From assembly GCA_965645245.1 (NCBI GenBank), contig OZ287067.1, positions 3,410,001 to 3,474,000 of the forward strand: DNA of 64,000 nucleotides, given 5' to 3'. Positions 53,208 to 62,544 of the stretch are shown in pieces. Made by a program: the position numbers and the translations under genes. Position 1 is the stretch's first letter. Every line of letters begins with the position of its first letter. A model generated the notes under the pieces. That model searched no databases. It was not told where the DNA came from and saw only the letters and a program-made list of their open reading frames with translations. This stretch comes from Massalongia carnosa. Taxonomy: Eukaryota.

Positions 53208-54999
53208 GGCAACGACGCGTGTTCGACTCACAGTAAGAGGTCGAACGTTGCGAATGGACCGGAGTAATAGAAGGAAATGCGATCTTCATCGAGACGTAGT
53301 CAGCTGAAGCGTAAAAAAACACACAAAGTTCTCATTTTCATGTGTGCCTGAGGCATCGACTGGAAAGTCTAATTTCACATGATCATTCGAACCGGATGAC
53401 GCACAAACTATTTATTGTTCTTCGACCATTTCTTTCGCGACTGCAACTCTATCTCATAAGGTTTAATCTATTCTTCTTTTACACCTACACATGTCCATAT
53501 ACTACATCTTTACTATCGTATCTATTCAGCACAAAGACTGTTAAGCCTTCTTAGGCTTAATCTGAATGACAATGATTAAGATAATGGATCGCAACTCGCT
53601 CTAGCCGTGGGAGAGGTTGATCTCTGAAGATTGCATTATCAATTGATGACGGTTTAAAGAGAATGAATCGTCTCTGCTCTCAGGCGAATCCGAGGAGGAT
53701 GATCAATTCGAGACTTCTTTCAAGCCTGTCTCGCCAAAGAAAAAACCTCTCTTGGTGTAGACGGCCATCTGTAAGATTCCACATTCCTCTAGACTATATT
53801 CATATTGGAAATAACGAACGAATTCATCTCATAGCAAATCCAGCCTGTACCGATCTATCTCCGGTCGTCATGATGCAATAGCCAGGAGCCAATCAACTCA
53901 TTTAAAACATTAACACCTACACTACCTTTAACCACTATTGGGTATCCCCAAAAGGTAGTCATTTTCTTATAAAACGATCAAAGCGAGGAAGTCCTTGTAG
54001 GCATTAGGTGTCAAAAAATGTTCTTCGATTATGAAGTTTTGTTCGGAAGACGAGCATGAAACCTTGGACGGTACAATTGAGTTGAGAAACGAAGCTGCAG
54101 TCTCATCAAACACTATAAGCTGCAAGTTATGTTCTCATTATTGTTAGAGCTCTCCAATGTTAAATCGAAGTTGTTTATTGAAGGAAGTACTTGGTAACTT
54201 CGCATGTTTTCATATATATACTTCTACATAACCCTCGACTAGTGAAACGCAGCCACCTTGTGTTTATTGCTATTCTAGTGTTTGGGCAAAGTCCTGACCC
54301 TAGGGTGTCGCATGACACCGTTCGTGCGCCGTCCGCGCCGGGTACGGAGCCGCAACGGGTAGGCTACGGGGTCCATGGACGCTGTAGATGCGAACCCTGG
54401 GGTCAAGACATACTCCATCTATCTAAGCGACAGACTGTGTAGGAGAGGACGGGTGGGAGAAATAGCGAAACACGATTTTTGATGAGTGTTGATGAGGAAA
54501 GAGAGAAGAGATGGGGGGATGGAGGAGGTGAAGAATTTTTCACCTCCCTGTTAGCGTCCGGCCCTATCCCGCTTACACGCCTGGTGCCGTCCGTCACGGT
54601 GACAACTTCACTAGCCCCCAGCAAGCTGGTGCGTAAATGGGAACAGCGACACCTGCTTCTCCACTCTGTTTAGTGTTGTTAATATATCTCCTCCGCCTGC
54701 TTAAATTTTATTTTGGCAGTATATGATCTATCCCATCACGCTTGCTAGTGTTTGTTATCGTCTAGTCCATTACGTTATAGTTCTTACACTCAACATAACC
54801 TGCTCAATAACTTTTGGGTTAACTCAAATCGTAACGTCAGAGTGTCATCGTGCTCTTCTTCAACATCGATCAACATGTCAAGCGATACTATCTGCTATTT
54901 CAGCGTCGGATAACATGATACTAGTTCTTATGTTGTGCAGATGAAACCGAAAGTCATTAAGTTCTCTTAGAGTCTAGGTAATGCGAAAATATAAGCCGC

Positions 55000-55850
55000 C
55001 ATCATATAACTTCACCAAGATCTGAGCTGTGTCGGTGTCTCTTGGCCTGAACCTTAGAAAAGCCGTTCGATGTGAGCGTAGCATTGCGATTGTCAAAGAT
55101 TCAAGATCTTGTTGACATAGCTCTTATGAATGGGGCACTTTAAGCAATTAATATCCTGTACTCAGAATAGAGGAGTATTTGGTATCATAGTCGGACAGGG
55201 ACTAAAGTCAGTCGAAGAGCTGGCGAAAAGCAAGAAACGAGCCATATAGCTTTACATTCTTGGTCAAGCGACGTTACGATGATGTCTTTCAACATGTTGA
55301 GCTCCGGCCCCCACCTAGGAAGATTCAGGCTGACGTCCATAAGGCGTCCATAAGTATCGTAATGTCTTGGACACTGCTCATGGTCATCATGGCGTCCCCC
55401 TTGCCGGAGATGTCCGTTGTGCCGACCACAGTATCTATGACGAACGGAAAAGCGCAAATCTCAGGAAAGATAAATATTATCACTCACTGACATGAGAAAG
55501 ACCGAAAGGAATTTAGCGTACATAATGTCTTCTTCGCCTTCTTTCGATATGCCGATGACCAGATACTTGAGAAATATGCCGTTATGGAAGGCCGTGTGCT
55601 CCTGTCCCGATTTTTTGAGAGCTTTCCCAATCTTTTTCTTAGATGCAATCGCAACAATCATATTGGTGATTTCCTCGTTCGGCCGTGCTTTTGCGCTGCC
55701 TGTAACCCTGCCTGGGAGATAGGCTGGTCGGTCAAAGAGATCGAGCTTTCCTTTTGCTGCCTCAGCTTCTGCGCCTCTGCAACGAAGATATCATAGACAA
55801 GCTACATCGTTGCAGCGTTGTTGACAGTCAAGGTTGCGCGAGAAACATTT
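55000..55850 (-). pseudogene. NmrA-like / isoflavone-reductase-like oxidoreductase fragment, decayed
   Basis: KKKIGKALKKSGQEHTAFHNGIFLKYL, FPFVIDTVVGTTDISGKGDAMMTMSSVQDI and LNLPRWGPELNM lie in shifted frames. No N-terminal GxxGxxG was found, and the boundaries are approximate. Confidence 0.5.
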
Positions 55851-56383
55851 CTGAATTTTACAAAGGCTCGTCAGCTTGTGTCTTATACTGAGCAAGAGCG
55901 GTAAATGCTAATCTAATCTTTTTTTTTGTTGACTGCTTCTTATAAGGCTAGAAAATACTCGTTCCACTATCGTGGATTACTTTAGAATCGGGGTTTCTAT
56001 GAAGGAGTGGGAGGCTAGCTGTTGTAATAGTGGTAGAGATTGAAGCGCATTTCGAGAAAGGACAGATCTTACGTGGCCAGCACACTTGCCTTATATCTAG
56101 GTCCTATATTTATCATAGATAGATGCTATATCGATGATATTCGACGTTAACTCGTTTAAATCTTGGAGACGGGTAAAAGGCATCTGAATACAGAAATCAA
56201 AAAGATACTGAGGCGCAGTGCATCAATATAGTAAAGGGGATATGCTACTTCATCGTGTCGTCATCAAGTAATTATTATTCACCGTAGCCCCCCATTGAAA
56301 AGATCGTAATTATCATTAGTGCGCTCTCAGATGACGGGCTTTTCAGATCGAACCTCTGCATCGCTGAGACAAAAGATACTGTG

Positions 56384-58495
56384 TTATGAAAGATCATCGA
56401 TCCCGTTAAGAGTGACTGAATGAGATGTTTCGGTTTTTGGGAAGACATTTGACACGCACACAAGCTCTACGCTGGGATCCTCTGGGTTCAGGCTTAGAAC
56501 GAAGCCCTAAGGGAGAATTAGCATCTTCAAAATCCCCTGTATAGTAATAGTAATGAAACTTACGCCATATAATCCGGGTATAGGCACCCATAGGGAAGGT
56601 CTCGTCTCAGGCATCTCGGTCATCACACATAGTTGGGGCAAGCAGACCGCATGTTCTTTGATCTACAGAAGGGTGAGAAATCCTACTATGATATGACGGA
56701 TATCCGTACCTGAGCACCGGCAAGTCTTCGCATCAAGTTATGAACGCGAGCTTCGAGCCTCACGAGTCTTTCCGCTGCAATGTGGTGGTGTATAGAGGGC
56801 TCGAGAAGCGAGATGAGGCTTTGGCAGCCGCGACGAGCTGCAATGTCCTTCGCAGTGAGAGAGCCTTCTTTTTCACTTGTCTTCATCGTCCCTGGAGCCG
56901 GAGTTTGATTTAGATGTAGCACCTATGAGATGTTTCATGATTTGCTTACGCCATGCACCAAGGTCAACTAACTTCTGGACTAGTTCAGGCTCGGCATTGC
57001 TGTACGCTGCTTGATGTAAGACAGTAAACCCACTTGCTGCGGCTACTTGTTCCGGTGTCTCTGCAAGATTGTCAGCCCGTCCGCACCAGCACTCGATTCC
57101 GCAATCGCGCATGCGTATGCAAGCAGCTTTACCATGCAACCTTGGCACATTGCACCAATCGCACTTTTGCCAGTCGTACTCCTCATCGATGATTCGATTG
57201 ACTTCGTCCCACTTCCCAGCATAGCTAGCCTTCGAGAAGATTGCTCTTCGCTGCGCACGAAATCTCGGAAAGGAAATTTCTAACGAAGCGCCAATCCATG
57301 ATGGTCGAGGCGACGACCAGGACTCGAAGACTCCTGCGTTGTACGGGACTTTGATGTCATCCAGGCTCAGTTTCTCAAGTACGCTCTCCGCGAGCGCTTT
57401 ATACTCCTTAGCATCGTCAAACATTCCGTACTTTTCAGCCAAGGAAGAACAAATCTCATATTTCGTAACGGTGCACATTTGCCGAAAGTGTTTGCGTTGT
57501 TGTGCCTTCTCGCCATCATCATGTGCAAGCTCGGTGCCATGATCCCTGTTGGCGTTGAGCATAACCATTTCCACCACACACACCGTTTGATCCCTAGCTT
57601 TTTCTTCGTACATGCGGAGAATCTGGAAAAGCGGCCCTCGAAGGAGCACCTCTTGCTCGTTCGGGAATTCTGAAGCAATCGATATAGGCATAGCACAGAT
57701 TGTACTCACGACGCTGTCGGGATGTCGTGCACGGTATCGACTCAGTAAACTCGGTTCGAGCTCGTGTATATGAATTTTCCAATGAAGTCGATATCTGTTT
57801 TCCTCGGGCGCACCAATGAACTCCTGAATACTGTTCTGATTGGCGCTGGTGGAGACGAAGGCTAGTGGCACACTGAAATTCCTGTCTTGCAATGGATCCT
57901 GTGTAAGACTTCGAAAGGTGTCAAGCACGTCCTTATCGACCGACAAACCTCGGTGGACAATGCCCTGAAAACTATAGTACTTAGCACAACCAAAATTGGC
58001 TAATCGTAAATTGTAAAGATCGATAGTGAGGAGTTCGACAAGAGCGACTGCGCCGAGTATCTGATTTTCGTCCACGTCGTGTTTCCGAAACACTTGGTTG
58101 ATGTATCCAAAGATTCGCTTGTATCCATCGTTCGTCGTGTAACATTCGAGAGCGCTATAATCTTCAACTCGATGCTGAGTAGCGGGAGCCTGTGGAAACT
58201 CTGGACGTCGTATGTGGTCGGCCCAATAACGCTCGACTTCAAACATATCACGTAACACTGAACGCAATTCCCGTGGAAAATTTTTGGCGTTCAAGGCATT
58301 TTCGACAGTTCGAGCCAGAAGATGACAGTTCTCAGGATCGTTCCATTGTTTTCTAACGCCCGTGATTCTTGTTCTGATAACTTTCATACGCTCAGTCTCG
58401 TCGATGCCTCCGTAAAGAGGTTTGCCTTTCAAATTCAAAGGAATCCAGTCTTTAAGTCGACTAGCAGTTTGCGCGGAGTCATTACTCGCCGCCAT
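56384..58495 (-). CDS. ADP-ribosyltransferase (R-S-E class, ExE) fused to an ankyrin repeat and a C-terminal domain; 5 exons, intact
   Basis: ART motifs: ALECYTT..GY...IN, IVHRGL, FVSTSAN and SEFPNEQEVLL. Ankyrin: FTVLHQAAYSNAEPELVQKLVDLGAWR|TMKT...TAKDIAARRG. Introns 57132-57061, 56949-56892, 56709-56663 and 56563-56507 splice in frame to a stop at 56384. Confidence 0.82.
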
Positions 58496-58778
58496 AGCTG
58501 TGAGCCGAGATAATCAAAGTGATGCGCAGCGGATTTGGGAAATGAAGAACAGCTGCTTTGGCTTCTTTCGTACTCTAAGCATTCCGCTTCTAGAAGGTGG
58601 TTTCCATAAAGGATGTTCATCTGCCAATCAGCATATTTTATGCAGCCCCATTTATCGCAGCCTTGCGCTAACTAGTTATTAAAAAAGTACTAATTTAAAA
58701 CTGCATGAACTGTAGCTTGTTCCTGACGTGGTTACATAAGACTTACGACTGCCGCGAGCGATAACTAATACAACAGAG

Positions 58779-60239
58779 ATGTCTTCTCTATCTTACGAAG
58801 AGTGTGTAAAACATCGCCTTGAGAAAAGCCCTGAGTTAAATTACCTCGCACACTTCTTATATGACGATCAATTGGGAAACAAAGTAAGCAAAGACAGATC
58901 AACTATAGCCCACCATGCAGCAGTACTGGAGCCGAGGAACGGGGAGTGGCATCACAAGAGCCGCAATCTCGACCATCGAGCTTTGCAACCTCCCATAGGT
59001 GCGGACAAGCAAGTCATTGTACTGGATTACCTAGATTCGGACGCGATCCAGCTTCTCGGGATTACATTCAACATTGACCCATGGTTTTTCCAGACTCACC
59101 TAGCTGGTAGTGAGCAGCATTTCAATGGCGACTGGGCTCCAAGCGATTTGACCGCATCACCCTGCCCTTACTCACAACGGTATAAGTCACGCTTTATCAG
59201 CGTCAACTACAGGAGGCCATATCCTGTCCCAGATGCCATAGCTTATACCAGATTCAATGAAAATCGCATCCGAACATGTAGCTTGTTGCGGAGTCACCAC
59301 CTAACAAACGGAGCAAAGGTACTTTTCGAGCATGAACGGGTTTCAATGACGTGGTTCCCAAGCAATTCCACGAGGCAATACGGTCAGCGCCTTATTGCTC
59401 TTATCTACATCTGTCTGCGTATATGCTGACCTTTGATGAAGCGGCTATAGTTTGTATCTGCGACCCTAAGGCATTGGCAGTAACGAGGTGAGTTACATCA
59501 TGTCTATCACCACTGCGTCAAGAGAATTGACAATTTTTTCTCCAGGCAGAACATGTTCGAAGACTTTGTTGCAGCGATCGAAGCGCTGCTAGTTGAAGAA
59601 AGTCTCGAGCAAATGATTATTGAAATTTTTACTAAATCGTTGACATCTGTAATGGCTATGTGGAATGCCGTCGTGTTTAACTTGGATCTGCAGGTCTCGG
59701 CTCTAGAAGACCAACTGGAGCATGACTTTTGGGACAAGCCTCAAAATCCTGTGTCCATACTACATCAAACTCAGAGAATATCGAGACGACTGACGACTTA
59801 TCGTGAGCAAGTCATCATGGCCGAGAAAGATCTGACGATCATTTCTGCAGGAAACGTTTGCGAGCATTTAGATATTGATATCAAAGATGTGAAGGAAAGG
59901 TTGAATATCCTGATTCAGCGCACTGACAAAGCCATCCCGGCTCTTCTCGCGTCAATTGCCATACGCGAAGGTGCAAAAGCCTCAAGTTTGACTGCCGTTG
60001 CTCTCTGGTTCGCCCCGTTGAGCCTTTCCATTTCGATTGTCAGTATCGACGGAAACACAAGATTTGGCGGTAGGAAATACTGGATAATGGGATGCATCGC
60101 CGTGCCACTATTGTTCCTTATGATTGCAGTTGCGAACACGTCGGACAGACTTATGAGCTGGCTGGGGAGATTCAGGCGAGGACGTGCTTTCGTCTCGTTC
60201 ATCAAGTCAGAAAACCATATGAGGCATGGAGCTCGCTGA
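58779..60239 (+). CDS. Fungal CorA-like protein with two C-terminal TM helices; 3 exons, intact
   Basis: LDYLDSDAIQLLGITFNIDPWFFQTHL, ERVSM, IVCICDP, a long helical region and the CorA-type end AIREGAKASSLTAVALWFAPLSLSISIVSID...YWIMGCIAVPL. Introns at 59383-59441 and 59488-59545. Confidence 0.8.
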
Positions 60240-60833
60240 CTGCGGCTTTTGCAACGGTAATTCGCGGGCTCCATCGTGTCAGCTGAACATATACATAATT
60301 TCTATCTATGTTTGGGCAACTCTCCCCTCGCTGCTGCCCTGCTGGCGTTCAGTTTTGCTGAGGGCCCCTCCTATAATGGCTTTGTTTTTGGCAGCAGTGA
60401 GGGGAAAAACTCCATCTACCTATGCGGCTGATTCAGGGAGTGGGTGGGTGGGCAAAAGACCTTTTGGTGCTGAACTCCGAATCCGAATCAATGGTGATGA
60501 TGAGGAGAAGAGTGCCAAAAGGCCACCTATTTATGCCCTTTCTCTCCCTTGCTTGTCCAACTATTTTGGACATCATCCTCCTTTGTCCTTCGGCCTTTGT
60601 TGGCTGTTCGCGGCCTGCCTCCACTCGGTCCTTCGGCTATCCACTGCCTTCAGCCTTCGTCGGCTGTTTCGCGGCCTGCCTCCAATCGGTCCCGGCATTA
60701 CCTTTCGCCTTAGCCGAATTAGTTTTGAAAAATGTAATAAAAGTATATTTAGAGTCGCACTTATTGTATAATGTGTTGAATGGCGGTTGCGATTATGGTT
60801 ATAATGGCTTGGGCTCACTGCCTCATAACGTGG

Positions 60834-62111
60834 CACGCGGGGCCAAAAAAAGTTCCCACACCAAAAATTTCACCCACCCTAAAAATCCATCTTTTACCCA
60901 TCTCCCTCATTATGAATAATCAATCATCAATTAATCGTTCTAGTACACCTGATTTTGATGATCATAAAATTCTCTATTTTAAAGAAGACGTTTTTCGTCA
61001 TTTCGGCGTGGAACGAACGAGCGGTTATGCCATGCTTCGGGGCGAATCATCTCGTCGATTTCATCACAACTCGGTCTGGCCAGAGACTCGAGGTAGAAAA
61101 AAAGCGATTGATTGGGAGACTCTCAAGAGACTGGAGGAAATAATTGAAAATGGAGGTATTCAAGCTCGAGCTATGTCCTGGTATCAACTGGCCAAAGAAG
61201 TAGGCCTCGTGGGCAGTAATCGAGTGCATTGGCACACCATCAGAAATACTATGCAGGACTTAGAATATCACAAATGCATCGCTTGTACGAGGACCTGGAT
61301 TGCTCCTCATCTTCGTGCTTTAAGACGTACTTTTGCACGAGATAAAATCACCACTTGGACATTGGAGGACTGGAAGTTGGTTCGTTTCAGTGATGAAGTT
61401 CATTTCGAGCTTAGTCCTCAACGCCGATTGCGCATTATACGTCGACCGGGTCAAAGAAATTGTTTTGACTGCATGCAGGAGGGGAAAGAGCCCGAAGAAA
61501 GAGTACAAAAGCGTTTTCATTGCTGGGCGTGGGTGGGATGGAATTACAAATCAGATCAGATTTTTTACGAGGTTCCTGGAAACACCAATGGAAAGATGAG
61601 TCAAAGAGTCTATATAGACTCCATTTTGGAGCCTATTGTAAAGCCGTGTCTCGAGATGAGTGAACGATTTGTTTTGGAGGAAGATGGTGATTCGGGGCAT
61701 GGTTCAGCCAACAATAACAACATCGTACGGAAATGGAAGGAAGAAAACGGGTTAAAGTACTACTTCAACGCCCCAAAATCTCCCGATTTGTCCATCATTG
61801 AAAACTGCTGGCAGCCCGTCAAGCAGTGGTTATCAAAATCGGATCATTGGGACGATGAGACCACTTTAGATGCAATTCGTACAGGGTGGAGGGATCACGT
61901 TCCCCAGGAATGGATCAATTCGTTAGTAGAACAAATGCCACAACGCATGCATGATGTGCTAGATGGAGAGGGTAAAATGACAGGACATTGAGCGATTTTT
62001 GTTGCATATAGTCGTGTATAATAGTGATTATTCATGATGAGGGAGTTGGGTAAAGAAGGATTTTTAGGGTGGGTGAAATTTTGGTGTGGGAACTTTTTTT
62101 GGCCCCGCGTG
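60834..62111 (+). mobile_element. Tc1/IS630-like DNA transposon with about 88-bp TIRs and 5-bp TSD CGTGG
   Basis: TIRs start CACGCGGGGCCAAAAAAAGTTCCCACACC (60834-60922 and 62025-62111); CGTGG lies at 60829-60833 and 62112-62116. Confidence 0.93.
60912..61991 (+). CDS. Tc1-like DDE transposase, uninterrupted 359-aa ORF
   Basis: ETRGRK, RFSDEVHF, EEDGDSGHG...SPDLSIIENCW and MPQRM..V..GEGKMTGH. Confidence 0.92.
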   Translation: MNNQSSINRSSTPDFDDHKILYFKEDVFRHFGVERTSGYAMLRGESSRRFHHNSVWPETRGRKKAIDWETLKRLEEIIENGGIQARAMSWYQLAKEVGLVGSNRVHWHTIRNTMQDLEYHKCIACTRTWIAPHLRALRRTFARDKITTWTLEDWKLVRFSDEVHFELSPQRRLRIIRRPGQRNCFDCMQEGKEPEERVQKRFHCWAWVGWNYKSDQIFYEVPGNTNGKMSQRVYIDSILEPIVKPCLEMSERFVLEEDGDSGHGSANNNNIVRKWKEENGLKYYFNAPKSPDLSIIENCWQPVKQWLSKSDHWDDETTLDAIRTGWRDHVPQEWINSLVEQMPQRMHDVLDGEGKMTGH

Positions 62112-62321
62112 CGTGGATAGCGGGTAGTCTAATCTTCTCTAGGAAGGTTTTAGGTTTAGCGTGCTTTGCCCTTTGGTGAAAAGTCTGCTCTTTTCCTTTT
62201 AGATAGCTTCATAGTCAATGCGATCACCTGCAACCAGAGTCTCCTTTTAACTGGTTATGAGCACGGTCAGCAACAAGCTTCCGAACATCAGAAAAGGATA
62301 TAGCTCTTCGCAAATCGCTAT

Positions 62322-62506
62322 CTCGGCAGCTCGACTACGATTCCTTTAGGTAGGAAGAATCAGCACCTCGGCAGCTCCTTACGATTCCTATGGTAGGATA
62401 AACCAGCACCTCGGCAGCTCCTTACGATTCCTATGGTAGGATAAACCAGCACCTCGGCAGCTCCTTACGATTCCTGTGGCAGGACAAACCAGCACTCCCG
62501 GCAGCT
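62322..62506 (+). repeat. 43-bp tandem repeat, about 4 copies, in the copia 5' leader
   Basis: CAGCACCTCGGCAGCTCCTTACGATTCCTATGGTAGGATAAAC at 62361, 62404 and 62447, with partial copies on both sides. Confidence 0.9.
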
Positions 62507-62544
62507 TGATACGACGGATCCAACAAGCACAATCAAATATCAAA

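Noticed and set aside
60226..60770. 181-aa and 165-aa ORFs with a ~30-bp direct repeat (about 60602 and 60662)
   Set aside because: No protein features; probably intergenic or transposon-derived sequence that I cannot classify.
60780..60911. 44-aa N-terminal extension of the transposase in the ORF track
   Set aside because: It starts outside the TIR in LTR sequence; the real start is most likely 60912.
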